The notes: a model not told the origin generated them from the sequence alone. Shown: positions 20,386 to 32,764, numbered from the stretch's first letter. The stretch is DNA of 64,000 nt from Prasinococcaceae sp. CCMP 1430 (GCA_013416795.1 RQSC01000004.1:287544-351543); one strand, 5' to 3'. A program made the numbers and translations.

Positions 20386-22002
20386 ATGTGCTGGGGCGCG
20401 GGGAGCAGACGGGTGCAGTCGCAGCTACAGCAGGGGGCGGGCGCTGGCGAGGCGAGCTGGGAGGCGCTCGCGCGATCGTCGGCAGTGGACCGGGCGAGTC
20501 AGGGCGAGGGCGCGAGGCGGGAAGGAAGCCCGCCGACGCCGCAGGAGTTGGGCGAGCTGCAGGGGCAGCAGCGGCAGGTGGCGCCGTGCTGGTCGTCGCG
20601 CCTCGATAAGCTGGACCTGCCGAGCCTGACGTGCCTCGACGGTAGCCTAGGCGCGCTGGGCACTGTTGGCAGCTGGGACACCACGTTCGCGGGAGGGGGG
20701 CAACCCCGCGCCGCCGCCGCCGCCGTCGCCGCTGCGGCGGCCCAGGGGTCGCCGCACTCGTTCAAGTCTGTCGTGACGGTCGCGCCAGTGCTTGCCTCGC
20801 CCGCCCTTGCGGGCGTACCCGCACCGTCGACGGAAGCACCCCTTCTTCTGCGCCCGACCACGAGGTCTACCACAGGCAGGCTCAAGATGGGCAGCGGCGG
20901 CGGCGCCGCCGCCAAGCAGAGCAAGGCCACCAAGACGACGACGAAGAAGATCAACGGCGGCGGCAAGAAGAAGAAGGGCTCGTCGAAGTTGTCGCTGGCG
21001 ATCCCCAAGAAGGGCGGCGCCTCCGGCAAGCAGACGCGCCCTCACCCCAACCAGTACACCGCCAGGCCGCGACCCAAGCGCCCTGAAGGGGCGGCGCCCA
21101 TCGCGTGCCAGGTTGTCGGCTGCCCGCACACCGACCTGAGCAGCCTCCGCGAGTACTATCAACGCTACAAGGTCTGCGAGGCGCATTCCAAGCAGTCGGT
21201 TGTCATCTTCCCCGACGGCGAGGCGCAACGCTTTTGCCAGCGCTGCGGGCACTTCCATTCGCTCGACGCCTTCGAAGGTTCGCGCCGCAGCTGTCAGGCC
21301 AAACTCGAGGAGCACAACCGCCGCCGCCGCCAGCCCAACTCCCCGCCGCGCCCGGCCAAGTCGGAGGCCGCCGCGAGGGTGCACGAGTCGAAGCGCTCGC
21401 GTAGCGCCAGTGCCGAGAAGGATTGGCAGGACGCGGCTGCCGCGTTCGTGACCGAGCACCACCGCGCAAGCCCGGCGTCGCCGCTCGCGGCGCTGCGCGG
21501 CGACGATGACTTGAGTGACGTCGACACCGATATGACGGCAACCAACAGCGTCGAGACCGCGCCGGACGACGCTCCGATGACACCCGCGCTGCAGATGATG
21601 TCCGCAGTGCCAGTGGGAACTCCGATGGCGCCCCTCAGGACTCACCTGGCGCTCCAGACGCGCTCATCACCGCAGCCGCAGCCGCAGTCGCAGCCGCAGC
21701 CGCAACCGCAGCCGCAGCCGCACGGGCGGCCTGACTCGGCGCCGCCAGACGAGCTCGGCCCTCTCCCCCTGCCGCGTCTCGGCGGCATGGGCGTGTCGAG
21801 CATCGACCTGCTCGGCCTCGGAGAGCACTATATCGGCGGGTCGCTGCAAACAATCGATGGAGGCGCTTCTGAGGACAGCAGCGATGACAGCGTGATCTCG
21901 TTCGGCGACGAGGATGTGGCCGAGCTCTACCAGATGGTCGCTAACGACGAGGCAAACGACAAGCACGTCCGTCTGGAGGCCCTCAGCGGCAACACCTTCT
22001 GA
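20386..22002 (+). CDS. SBP-box (SQUAMOSA promoter-binding) transcription factor
   Basis: CQVVGC..DLSSLREYYQRYKVCEAHSK..QRFCQRCGHFHSLDAFEGSRRSCQAKLEEHNRRRR at ~21105-21335. PQ repeat at 21670-21720 and acidic C-terminus. Start uncertain. Confidence 0.93.
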   Translation: MCWGAGSRRVQSQLQQGAGAGEASWEALARSSAVDRASQGEGARREGSPPTPQELGELQGQQRQVAPCWSSRLDKLDLPSLTCLDGSLGALGTVGSWDTTFAGGGQPRAAAAAVAAAAAQGSPHSFKSVVTVAPVLASPALAGVPAPSTEAPLLLRPTTRSTTGRLKMGSGGGAAAKQSKATKTTTKKINGGGKKKKGSSKLSLAIPKKGGASGKQTRPHPNQYTARPRPKRPEGAAPIACQVVGCPHTDLSSLREYYQRYKVCEAHSKQSVVIFPDGEAQRFCQRCGHFHSLDAFEGSRRSCQAKLEEHNRRRRQPNSPPRPAKSEAAARVHESKRSRSASAEKDWQDAAAAFVTEHHRASPASPLAALRGDDDLSDVDTDMTATNSVETAPDDAPMTPALQMMSAVPVGTPMAPLRTHLALQTRSSPQPQPQSQPQPQPQPQPHGRPDSAPPDELGPLPLPRLGGMGVSSIDLLGLGEHYIGGSLQTIDGGASEDSSDDSVISFGDEDVAELYQMVANDEANDKHVRLEALSGNTF

Positions 22003-22419
22003 GCAGCGCTCACGCAACTCGACGAGCCAGCCACTGCGATACCAGTGGGCCCACCACCGAAACCACTGGCAGCGGTTGCGTCGAATGGCGAAACTGGACT
22101 GGCGAGCGTTTTCATGTACTGTGCTCAGCCAACCACGTGTGTTAATAGTGGAGCAGCGCCGAGGGGGGGATGGATGCATCGGGCCGCGCATGCGGCATCT
22201 GAGAGAGTCGGCTCTGCTGCGCACGGATTGATAGTACGTAATGATGCACTGCAATGCACAGCACTCTAGTCACGAGTTGCAAGCGCGCGGGCAACGTTGC
22301 GTGCGGAGCCACAAGGGCGGTGTGAACGTGATTACTCCATTAAAGTTGCTAAGTGACTAAACTAGATAGTGCTCCTCTACAGAGACAGCGTCACGACGAC
22401 AGCTCGAACTAGCCAGGCG

Positions 22420-23349
22420 CTACTCCTCGTACCACTCTTCAAACTCCTCAAACTTCTCCAGCGCGGGGTCGAAGCCGAGGTCAGCGCTGAGCTCCAGATA
22501 CTCGAAGCCCTCGTCGGTGTCTCCGAGCTCGTCGTAGAGGTTGTACGCAGCCTCCTCGGCGCCGTCGTCAGGCGCCATGGCGGCCGCTTTGCGCCACTGC
22601 TCGAGGCCCGCGGCGCGGTCACGCACGGTGCCCTCGCCGTGCACAAGCGCCCACCCCAGATTGAAGCGCCCGAGGCACTGCCCACCGCGCTCCTCGTAGC
22701 CGAGGCCGCTCGCCTCGGCGGCGAGCTCGTACAGCTCGACCGCGGCGTACGCGTCTCGCACCACGCCGCTCGCCCCTGTTTCCATGAGAGCCCCGAGCTT
22801 GTTGAGGCCCGTCGGCACGCCGAGCTCCGCACACGCCTCAATGACGCGCACACCGCGTGTCTCGTCGAGTGGAGCACCGCGGCCCGAGCGCACGCAGCCG
22901 GCGAGGGTGGCTAGCCCGTCCAGGTTGCCGAGGCAGGCCGCGCGCGCGTGCCAGCCGGCGGAGGCAGCGAGGCTCTCCTCGCTGCCTCCGCCCGACGCGC
23001 CGCCCAGGGGCGCGCCGCCAGAGCCACGATAGAGCAAGAGAGCAACGCTCTGTGCAGCACGCCCGTCACCCCCCTCGGCGAGCGGCAGCAGCGTGGCGTA
23101 CCGCCTCGCGAGGGCCTCGCGCCCACAGGGCGTGCTGAACGCATACTCGCCTTGCAGGCGCCACAGCGCCGTCGTGTCACGGGCGGGCGCTTCGTCCGCC
23201 TTCGACGATAGCGAGGCGATGACCGCATCTCCGACCACGCGTAGCACCTCGTCAGGCTCATCCTCGGCGCGCTCCAGTAGCGCCGCGCCGGCTGCGCGGG
23301 CCGCAGCCACGGCCGCGGCCGCCGCAGCTGCGCTTCCACCTCCACCCAT
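22420..23349 (-). CDS. SEL1-like repeat protein
   Basis: AAQSVALLLYRGSG, LNKLGALMETGASGVVRDAYAAVELYELAA, FNLGWALVHGEGTVRDRAAGLEQWRKAA, YLELSADLGFDPA. Confidence 0.85.
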   Translation of the reverse strand: MGGGGSAAAAAAAVAAARAAGAALLERAEDEPDEVLRVVGDAVIASLSSKADEAPARDTTALWRLQGEYAFSTPCGREALARRYATLLPLAEGGDGRAAQSVALLLYRGSGGAPLGGASGGGSEESLAASAGWHARAACLGNLDGLATLAGCVRSGRGAPLDETRGVRVIEACAELGVPTGLNKLGALMETGASGVVRDAYAAVELYELAAEASGLGYEERGGQCLGRFNLGWALVHGEGTVRDRAAGLEQWRKAAAMAPDDGAEEAAYNLYDELGDTDEGFEYLELSADLGFDPALEKFEEFEEWYEE

Positions 23350-23358
23350 GCCGGTCCG

Positions 23359-23865
23359 ATGGCGCCGTCCGGCAGCTCGCCGCCCGCGGGCGCCGGGCGG
23401 GCGCACTTCCAGCCGAAGAGGTGCGGCAGGAGCCCCGCGTGCGCGGCGCTCAAGGGCCTCACCAGCGTGTCCGCCGTGGTGCGCGCTGCGGCGGCGCCCG
23501 GGAGCGCGCTGCCGCCCGTCGCCAAGGTGCACACGCTCGCGTACGGCGACGTCGTGGACTTCGCGCCCCCCGCGCAGCGCAGGCCGGACGAGCTCTACCC
23601 GGTGGCGTGGTTCCGTTTCTCGCCCAAGAAGGACGGCAGGCGCGCGGGGTGCGCCGACAGCGCGAGCGCGGACACCGACACGCTGGCGGTGGACCTCGCG
23701 CGCGTGCACGTCGGCTCGGCGCTGTGCGTGAAGCTCATCGACAGCGAGAACCTGATGGAGGTCTTCAACGACAACCACCCGGAGCCCAACATCGATTGCT
23801 CGTTCGTCGGCCTGCGCGGCGCGTGCGTGCGCATGCCGCCCGCCGACCTGGTGGCGTTCGCGTGA
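23359..23865 (+). CDS. Hypothetical protein, probably a C-terminal beta-sandwich domain of a longer gene
   Basis: Strong GC3 bias, ordered-looking sequence YPVAWFRF..LCVKLIDSENLM..NIDCSFVGLRG, and an AT-rich 3' region after the stop. Confidence 0.6.
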   Translation: MAPSGSSPPAGAGRAHFQPKRCGRSPACAALKGLTSVSAVVRAAAAPGSALPPVAKVHTLAYGDVVDFAPPAQRRPDELYPVAWFRFSPKKDGRRAGCADSASADTDTLAVDLARVHVGSALCVKLIDSENLMEVFNDNHPEPNIDCSFVGLRGACVRMPPADLVAFA

Positions 23866-24782
23866 GGCGGCTTGCCCGAGCGCTCGACGGGAAGCGAGGG
23901 GGAGGCGGCGGCGCGGCGAGGCCATCCCACACCCTGCTGGCGGAGTGTGATGGAAGAGGGCACCGACCGAGCCCGTATCATAAGATGTATGTATGTACGT
24001 AGCAAGAAGAGCCATAGCATAAGTACTGTAAGTAACCAAACAGCTCCTTTCTTTGTGCACGCGCGTCCGTCGGTTGGGCCTTGGTTGAAAAGTTGGATGT
24101 GACGCAGCCTTTTTGGGTTGGTGGTTTCTCAACCAATCGGCTGGCTGGCTGGCTGGCCTTCCGCGGCGGCGGCAGAGGTGGCGGGGCGTCCCATCCGCGG
24201 GCCCTTTCGCGCGCGCGGGCGCCGCCCCCTTTGGCGCGCCCGGGGGCCGCTGCGCCCATCCGTTCCTCAGTGGTGACGTCCGCCGCGATGGCTGAGCGCC
24301 GGCAGCCCGTCCGGCCAGGCGTGATGTGATGTGCGGGGTGGCCGCCGCGGGCAGCCGCCGGGCTGTTTTGCAGAGGCGCATTTCGGCGCGCGGAGTGGCG
24401 AAAATGCAAACATCAAAACGCATTGGATCTCCGCGGCTCGCGCGCCGCGAGGCGTAGCGTGTGGTTCGGCGGGCGGCGCCGGCGGCTGCCGCGCGCGCGC
24501 GGCATCGAGCGGGAGGCCGCCAGCGTGGCCGCCGCTGGCGCGGGCAAGGCCCCCCTCCCCCCCCCTACACACACCGCCGCGCCGCGCCGCGCTGGCGGCA
24601 GTGTGGGCTCTCGCGGGCTGGGAGCAGCAGCGACTGCGTAGCCGGCCACCGGAACCGAGGTCGAAACGAACACCCTCGGAAAGTCCGCGTGTGCGTAACA
24701 CTACGCTCCCGCGCCCGCGCCATGCGCGTAGCCGCGTCGGTGGCCACCACACCGCGCGCGCGGACAGCGCGGGGGCTCCGTC

Positions 24783-26347
24783 ATGGCGGCGGGCGGCAGC
24801 GCGCACGCCTCGCAGCGGCGGTGCGTGCTCGCGCTGCTGGGATTGATCGTGGTCGCAGCTGCGGGGATCCTGGGGGCTTCGGTAGGGTACTCGTACGGCG
24901 CGTATAGTAGCTCGCGCTGGGCGCCGCTGCGCATTGAGAGCGCAGCTCCCGACGGCATGGCGATGGCGAATGTGGAGGCACCGGCCGGCCAGGAGACGGC
25001 CATCGTGCCGCTGCTGCTCCCGCAACTCGCAGATTTCGCCGCCTGTGCAGACGGGAACGGAAACAACTTCGCGAACGGCACGACTCTCCCAGTGCCGCTG
25101 CGCTGCCCGAAAGCGAGCCTGGGCGGGCGCACAGTGGTAGACGTTGGGGTGCGTCGAGGCCTGAATTCCCTCTCCCTGCCGTCATCGTGCAGCTGCGCTC
25201 ATGATGCGTGGAGGCTGACCCGCGCACGCTCGCGTGCGATCTGCGCTGCTGCGTTTGCAGCTGAAGAGCGGCATAGAGACGCTCGGTGCTTGCGAGCTCA
25301 ACGCTACAATCTTTGCCTTCGAGCCAGTGCCGGAGTTTGTCACGGACATCGCCGCAAAGCTCCAGAAGCTCGGCGTGACATATGACACGCTCCACGTCCC
25401 CATGCCCGATGCCCTCCATCGGCTCGAAGCAGGTCCTCAAGAAAGTGCCGTTGTTGCGCTTTCTGACGAATCTGCGTATCGCCCACCAGCAGTGCCGCAA
25501 GAACTGCTCGCGGCGGCAAGAGCGAGGGCAGAGGAGGCGCGACAAGGCGGCAAATGTCACGTCGTGCTCGTAAACGCCGCGGCAGGTGCGGAGGCCAGAT
25601 GGACGACGCTTTGGACGAACAATGGGTGGTGAGACGCGCATAGTCCGCGCAGAAGCTCGCGCACGCGTTCGAGCGCTCAAGATGAGTCCAGCACGAAGGG
25701 GCTGGGTTGAGTTTAGAACCGTTGGGCTGACGCAAGGCGCGCTCGCAGGGGAGCATCACTGGTCGATAAGCTCTCACCACGGAATCAGATGGCCGGGAAG
25801 ACGTGGAGGGTGGTGCCGACGCTGCGTGTGGACTCGGTAGTTCCACAGCAGGACATTTACCTGGTGTGTCAGCGCGCGCGCACGCCACCTCACCGCCTGC
25901 GCGCGCGCGCGCACGCGCGCATGCAACTGGCCGCTGATACAACCACCACAGATGAAATTGGACGTGCAGGGATACGAGCACGAGGTCATCCGGGGGGCGA
26001 GCAAGCTCTTCGCGGGAACGCGCGGCAGCGTGCGGCAGCTTTGGTCAGAGCTGTGGGAGACGGGCCTGCGCAAAGCGAAGACGACGGTTGCGGACTATCT
26101 CGTCGAGCTCCAAAAGCATGGCATGGCTTGCTTCGAGACCACAAGCCGTGCTCAGCTGCTCGCGGACTCCACCAAGTGCCAGGCAGCCATGGCAACAAAC
26201 TCGACCCTGCGCGCTCTGTACGGGTCGAGCGTTTCGAGCACGGACGCCAGGGTTGCCCAGGCGCTCAAAGTGGAGTGTGGCGATGATCCCGCACATTATC
26301 ACTTCTTCGAGGACATGTGGTGTGTCAACGTGCGGCACCATTCATAA
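24783..26347 (+). CDS. FkbM-family SAM methyltransferase with N-terminal signal anchor, 4 exons (introns 25149-25260, 25629-25748, 25864-25951)
   Basis: Spliced product reads VVDVG|LKSG..IFAFEPVP..LVNAAAG..VPTLRVDSVV..IYL|MKLDVQGYEHEVIRGA. All introns are GT-AG and frame-preserving. Confidence 0.87.
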
Positions 26348-26364
26348 ACAGCGACTTGCGTCCC

Positions 26365-26706
26365 TCATGGTCGTCGTCGCGTCGCCGGGAGTATCTCTTG
26401 CCTCATGCGATACCACCCGCCACCTTCACTGCTGCCAGTCAGACCCCCCGCCCCTTGGACCTCCTCAAAGCGGGCCTCGCCCTTGCGCCGCTGCGCGAGC
26501 TGGTACTCATACAGCCCCTCGCACATATTTTCGAGCTCATGCCCGCAAATGTCGCGCTCCTGCGAGCGCGAGTTCTGTGCGAGCGCCCACACACCGCCGC
26601 CTGCTCCGACGTCTAGGAAGCGCGCCCCACGCATCCCTGCCGCCGGGCGCGACAGCGCTGCCTCAACGAGCGGCGCGTTGCGCTGGTCGTCGTGCACCGC
26701 GCCACT
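26365..26706 (-). pseudogene. Truncated or collapsed second FkbM-like methyltransferase fragment
   Basis: RFLDVGAGGGVWALA SAM motif I after a CTAG acceptor at ~26707, but the later FEP/KxDxEG motifs are missing. Confidence 0.4.
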
Positions 26707-26885
26707 CTAGGACGCAGGCAGCAGCTGTATGCGCGTGCCCTCGCCGAGTAGCATGTTGCGCACACCGGCGGACGAGGGCATCCAGCAGCTGCGCGGGCGC
26801 ACGCGCTCGCGCGCACGCGTGTGGAGCCCAGGTTTTCGCCGTCATATCCGGAGGAGGCGCGTGCGCGGCTGTCACACCTCGCGCG

Positions 26886-27530
26886 ATGGCGACCATCCGC
26901 GCCGCACTCCCACAAACTGCGATGACGCGGCCGCGGTGGCGCGTGCGCCGCAGCCGCCGTGGCGCCGCTGCGCTCGCCGCCGCCGCCGCCGCTGCTGCAG
27001 GTTTGGGCGCCGCGGCGCCAGCGCCGAAGTTCGCGCTGCTGCCCGTCGCGGGAGACGGCCGGTGCCTGTTCCGGAGCGTGGCCGCGGCGCGCGCTCTCCT
27101 CGCTGGCGGCGGCCGCAGCGATGAGCGCACGGAGCGCGCCACCGCCGACGAGCTCCGCGGCCGCGCAGTCGCAGAGCTCGCAGGGCGCCGCGAGGAGCTC
27201 TCGTGGGCGGTTGAGCATGAGGCTTCAAGCTTCGAGGACTACCTCGCACGCATGTCGTCGCCGTCCGCGTGGGGCGGCGAGATTGAGATGCTGTGCCTGT
27301 CGCACGCACTACAAGAGCCCATCGCTGTCTACATGCCGGCAACTTCAACCGCACACCACAACGGGGCTCTAGTGCACGGCGGCCAGGAGATGCCGCTGTC
27401 GCGCATCGCGCTGTACGGCGAAGACTACGCGCCCGGCGAGTGCGAGCCCACCAGTGTCGCCTCTCTGCTCTTCGACGGCGTCGGCCACTACCAAGGGCTC
27501 ACCCCACTGCCGGGCGACTCCAAGCTGTGA
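26886..27530 (+). CDS. OTU-domain deubiquitinase with transit-peptide-like N-terminus
   Basis: VAGDGRCLFRSVA, WGGEIEMLCLSHALQEPIAVY, GVGHYQGL. Confidence 0.9.
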   Translation: MATIRAALPQTAMTRPRWRVRRSRRGAAALAAAAAAAAGLGAAAPAPKFALLPVAGDGRCLFRSVAAARALLAGGGRSDERTERATADELRGRAVAELAGRREELSWAVEHEASSFEDYLARMSSPSAWGGEIEMLCLSHALQEPIAVYMPATSTAHHNGALVHGGQEMPLSRIALYGEDYAPGECEPTSVASLLFDGVGHYQGLTPLPGDSKL

Positions 27531-27607
27531 GCGCGAGCGTGAGGGCTGCCTGAGGTACTCGTTGCGCTCGCAGTGAGCGCACATGTAACAAATGTGAAAT
27601 ATACAGG

Positions 27608-27790
27608 TCACGTGTCCTCCCACGCACTACCGCTGCTGTCGGACGAGCCGGCGTCGCCCGATTGCTCGGAGTTCTCCCCATCGCTGACGTCCGACTCAGG
27701 GTGTGCAGGAGCGTCGGGCGATGATGCGAGCACTGGCGCGGCCGCCGGTGCCGGTGCGAGCGCAGCCACAGGCGAGATAGGCGAGGGCAT

Positions 27791-27823
<33 letters not shown>

Positions 27824-30800
27824 AGAAGGCACGGGCGCTGGCCCGCGGGAAGCCCCCTCGGTAGATGCGGGAGCGGTAGATGGCACGCGCGCAGGTGGTT
27901 GTGCGCGCACGCGGAACGCGCTGGCAATGTCGCGCTCCACTGCAGCGTTGGCAGTATCCACCGAGCAGCTGCTGACGCGAAGACTGGTGGGCCTGCCTTT
28001 GGATATGTGCTCCTCCGCACCGTCGGTGCCCGCGTCGCACCACGCCACCTCGTACGAGCCGAGGTCGAAGACGCCTGGTGCAAGCACTGCGAGCGTCGCG
28101 GCCGTCTCGGTGGTGGCGCCGGGTGCGAGCTCGCCGAGCTCGACGTTCGTGCGCCCTACCCATACCCACGACGTGGAGCGCGGTGGAGACACGACCAGGC
28201 CCTGCGCGAACCACGCACCCCCGACCGTCGGGGGCGGTGCGAGCAAGCGAAGTCGACAGCGCGCCGCCACGCTGCCTGCGTTGTGCACCCTCACCGTGCA
28301 AGCAACCAGGGCCATTGCCGCCGACGCGAAGTCGTGGGCGACGCTCACGGGCGCCTGCACCGTGCATCGGACACCGCCGCACTGGGTCGAGCCGGCCGCA
28401 GCAGCGCGTACGAGCGACACGCCGGCGCAGGCCCCTTGGGCGCCATGCAAGTCGATGCTCTTCCACACCACAGCAGCATCCGTCACCACAGCTGGCGTGC
28501 CAGACCCGCCCGCGCGCGAATCTGACACGCGCTCACGCTCGCGGCGCCAGAGCTCGCCGGCGGGCCCGCCGCTGAGCGGCCCAGGGCCCGCCCCCTCGAG
28601 TAGTGGAACTGCACACTCACTGCGCGGGCCGGTCTTTTCACCTGCGCCGAGCGCGCAGAGCACAGTAGTCGCCGCGCCCGGCGGCAGTTCAGCCGGCATC
28701 CTCTCACCCGCCACCAGGCTCGCGCATCCGACGCCACGAGCACAGACGCTAAGCTGCTGCACGGAGATGGCAGTGGTGCCGAGGTTGTGCAGGTCGACCC
28801 GAAGCAGCGCGCGCTCAGCGTTGGCCGCAGATGCGATGACCGCTCCGCTACATTTTAGCGCAGGCAAAACGTCGACGGTGCGCACCATGCGGAGCGCCAT
28901 TCGTCGTAGCTCGAGGGGCGGGAGCGATCCATCCGCCTCTCGGACGGGCGAGTACAGCGTCGACAAGAGGAGTCTCTGCGTCACCATGGCAGACGTGCCA
29001 TTAGCAGGTGCTCGCAGCCACAGCGGCACGTGCACGCTCGCACCGGGGACGAGTGTCCCCCCCGCCTCGAGCACCGCAAATGCGCGCGCTTTGTTGCCCA
29101 TCGCCGCTGCGGACTCGGTCAGTGCCAGCTCCTCCAGAATCGTCGACGACGACACGGCGGCAGCCACACGGTCCTCATCCGCACCCTCACCGACGCTCAG
29201 AGCGCTCATCTCCGTCTCGATGGAGGCAGCGTCGCCGCCATCGCGAGGTTTGCCTGGCTGGGCGATAGCACCATCCTCCACCACGAGTTTCAGCCCCTGC
29301 AGTCCCATGGCACCCGCGTTTGTGAGCCGGAGATTCGTGCGCACCCACTGGCCCTGCAACATCGACGATGGGAGGCCGGTGAGCTCGCACGTCAGCCGCG
29401 GGGCAGGCGGCGAGACCATGAACGCGAGCCGCCTGCGAGGTGAGGGGCCCTTTGAATTGCTTCCTGGGCCCTTGCGCGGGCGTTGGAAGTCAATGCGACC
29501 GCAGGCTTCGCCCTGCAGGGTCCACTCGACGCCCAGTACGCGCATGGTGCCGTGCTCCAGCGGCTTGCAGCGCAGCTTGAGCGATGTGCGCTCGTTCGGC
29601 AGCAGCGACACACTCTGCTCAGGACACTCTACTTTCTCCATCTTGGACAGCTCGCTCTCGGACTCGACCTTGCTCATATCATCACCGACGAGATGTCCCA
29701 GCACAGGCTCGCTGGCAGCACGCACGTGGCCCTTGCGACTCCCGAGCCCCGCGGCGTGCTCCACCGGGTGCCTGAGCTCGCACACCAGCCGCACATGCGT
29801 GAGCGCGATCGGGAGCGAAGTCACATTGTGGACTTGGACGATCACCGTCACTTCCTCACCAGCCACGCATGCGTTCGTTGGCTCTGCCTGCTTCTTGCGC
29901 CCCGCCACCCCTGCTGCGGTGTCCATCCAGGTCGGGCCGCCAGCACGCTCGCCACTCGGAACGACATCCTCCATCGATGTCCAGGTGGCCTCGTCGATGG
30001 TATCAGCCCCAACGCCATCGTGGCTGCGCCAGTCCTGGAAATGCACCGAATACCTGCTGACATCGATCAGCGGCAGCGGCAGGGCCATGGGCGCGGCCGC
30101 AGTACCCAGAAGCTCGTCGACGTGCGTGCCCTCGCCCTTGCGCGAGCTCTTCAGCACATACATGAACTCGTTCATGAATGATTGCTGTGTCTGCTGCGAC
30201 TGGTGGCCCGAGCCCAGCAGCTTCGAGAAATGGGATGCTGCGAGCACGTGGTCGCCGAGGTGCGCGGCGTGCCGTCCGAGCGTGGCATGGATGTGGTCGT
30301 ATATGAAGCGCCATCGCTTGTTGTCGAACTGCTCCTGTGTCGTGGCGTACGTGCGCATCGCGTGCGCCCGGAGGCCTGCTTGCGCGTAACGGAAACCCGC
30401 CAGCACGAGGTGGAAGCCCGCATGGCGCCGCAGCGACTGTGGCGCCCGCGCTGCCAGCAGCGCTCCTCGCTCGCGCAACACGCCGGCTGCTGGCCCAGCC
30501 TCGTAGTCGGCGCTGCGGCAAAGCTCGCGGCTCGCCTCGCGATAGCTCCCGCGTGCGACATACAGATCCGCGAGCGCCATCGCCGCACGACAGGACAGCA
30601 GCGACGCGTGGGGCGCGGGCACCGAGCTCGCGGGGTCGTCCTTGGGACGAGGGGGCGCCTTGCGATACGCCTCGAGCGCATCCAGGAACGCCGCCTCCGC
30701 CTCGCGCCGCGTCGGCTCCGCCTGCAGCAGCGACATCGCGCGAGCCTCGTGCGCAGCGCCGAGATGGGCCCACGCACGGTCGACCTTGTAGTCCGCCACC

Positions 30801-31807
30801 AGCAGGGCATAGTGCCCCGCTGCGAGCGCGTAGTCATGCATCATGAAGGCCAGGTCGCCGGCGAGGCGCAGCGTCGCCTCCGACGACCCTGCCGGATACG
30901 CGACGTCAGCCCCGCCGTTCGCGCCACCGCTATCGCGAGTGTCCGCGGCCTTGCGCCATCTGTTTTTCATCACATTCATCATGCCCTTGCGCGTGGAGCT
31001 CACGTGGTGATCGATCGCTCGTACGCGCCTCTCCAGGTACGGGATCAGGTGTTTTGATAGGAGGTCGCCGACGTACGCGCCGATGGGGTCGCCCTGTTGC
31101 GCCAGGTCCGCGCCCGCCGCCTCGGCCGGCGCGAGCCTGAGCATGCGCACCACCACCGCCGCGCCAAGCGCCTCCTGGCACTGTCTGAGCACCTCTACCG
31201 CTTGCTGGTCTGTGGTGCCGCGGGCCGGATCATGCACCAGCAGGTAGTACCTGTCCATGTTGGAATCCATCGTGCCGTCCGCCAGCGGGATGGGCACGCG
31301 CGGTGCCCCGTACATCGAGCGCAGGAGGTTCGGGGGGTCCCGGCACTCGGTGGACGCAATGCTCAGTACTGCGACGGGGTGGTCGAACGCCTCCACCTCG
31401 GAGAAGGCCAGCGCGTCGCCGATCGCGCCGCGCGCCTCCTCCAGCCATGGCATGTGCTGCTCGACCTGGCCGCCGCTGTCGGCGAATCGCTCAAGGCAGA
31501 ACGTCTTCGAAGACGGCAGACAGCCGGGCTGCACGAGCGGCTCCTGCGCGGCCGTGAGCACTTTCATTAGCGCCTCCTCTGCCTCTGCCGGCGAGCGCGC
31601 GCGCATCTCCGTCGGCGTGACGAAGCGCGCCGCGAACTCAGTCAGGCGGTATGCTGCCTCGGCGCTCGTACGCAGCGGAACGTTGATGCCGCGGACGACG
31701 CCACGCGCGCCGAGTGCGGCGGCAGCGCCTTTCCCCCCGAACGCCTCGTCCGCGCCCGGCGACGCCATGGTCAGCACCACCGGCGACCGCTTCGACCGGC
31801 CCAACAT
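27608..31807 (-). CDS. TRAPPC8: TRAPP III subunit TRAPPC8/Trs85
   Basis: SEVEAFDHPVAVL, YYLLVHD, HLIPYLERRVR, SEATLRLAGDLAFMMHDY, RHAGFHLVLAGFRY, CVAGEEVTVIVQVHN, followed by Ig-like C-terminal domains. Confidence 0.92.
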
Positions 31808-32209
31808 GGCTGCCGCCTGGCCACCCCGCCTGCGCCTCCTGTGGGGACAGTCCCCACGGGCCCCGCTCACTCGCCTCGCCCCAGCGCGCTCAACACCTGC
31901 GCACGCGTCCACGAGCCCGCTCTCCTCCAAGCTCGCGCGCGCCGGCGTGCGTGCGCGCACGGGCGCCCTGTCGGTCGCGCCTGCGGTTCTTCCCCCCCAC
32001 GACCTCCCCCTCTGGCCAGAGGCGCGCCACTCCGCGCCGCGCGGCCCGCCCGCCCGCGCGCCGCGGCGCGTGCACTGTGTGCCCACGCCTCCCGATCGTG
32101 TCCAACCCCCTCATGCTCCCCCCCCCCCCCCCAACGCTGCTGCTGCGGGGCGCCATTCGGATCCTGCAACAGCCGCGCGCGGTGCGCGCGCGCGCGCGCG
32201 CGCGCGCGC

Positions 32210-32223
32210 CCCTAACCCTAACC
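32210..32223 (+). promoter_or_regulatory. Interstitial telomere-like motif (CCCTAA)2CC next to a (GC)n tract in the TRAPPC8/mL54 divergent promoter
   Basis: Sequence CCCTAACCCTAACC. Confidence 0.45.
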
Positions 32224-32764
32224 TCCTCCGTTCCCCCAACGCCTCCCTTCGCGTTCGCTTTGACCGCTCCTTCCGCCCGTTCGCGGACCCTGCCACGGAT
32301 TCGACCCGTCCATCCGCGCGCGCGCGCGCGCGCGCGCCGCGGGCCATCGAAACGCATGCGTCGCGCGCGAGAGCCATCCGTCGGCGGCGGGCGGGCAATC
32401 GCCGTCCCGCGGAACGCGCGGCCGCGAAACGCCGCGCCCGGCCGCGCGTTTTCGCGGACGCGCCGGAATTTCGCCGACGCGCGGGCGCGGGTTCGCCCCG
32501 GGGGGGAGGGGGCGAAGAGACTCAAAATGACCTAACTCTGATGCATCCATTTTCTGGGGATGAAAATAGAGGGGTTCTCTCTGCATGCGCGTCTGAGCGA
32601 AGAAAGAGTCTTCCTTTGATGTCCCTTGCACGCCCCACGAGCGCGCAATTTTTCAAAACGTCACGATGAAATATTTACATTACCGTAATACTGATATTTA
32701 CGGTTACTGCGCGCTCATCATGCGTCGACCGCGAGCAATACTTACATCTTATACCATCCGGGAG

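Noticed and set aside
22420-24423. 667-aa minus ORF as a single protein
   Set aside because: Only the last ~310 aa have SEL1 repeats; the rest crosses an opposite-strand gene and a UTR.
27573-30389. 938-aa + strand ORF
   Set aside because: Antisense shadow of TRAPPC8; Ser/Ala-rich with no motifs.
32210-32223. True telomere or chromosome fusion scar
   Set aside because: Only two repeat units, inside a promoter.
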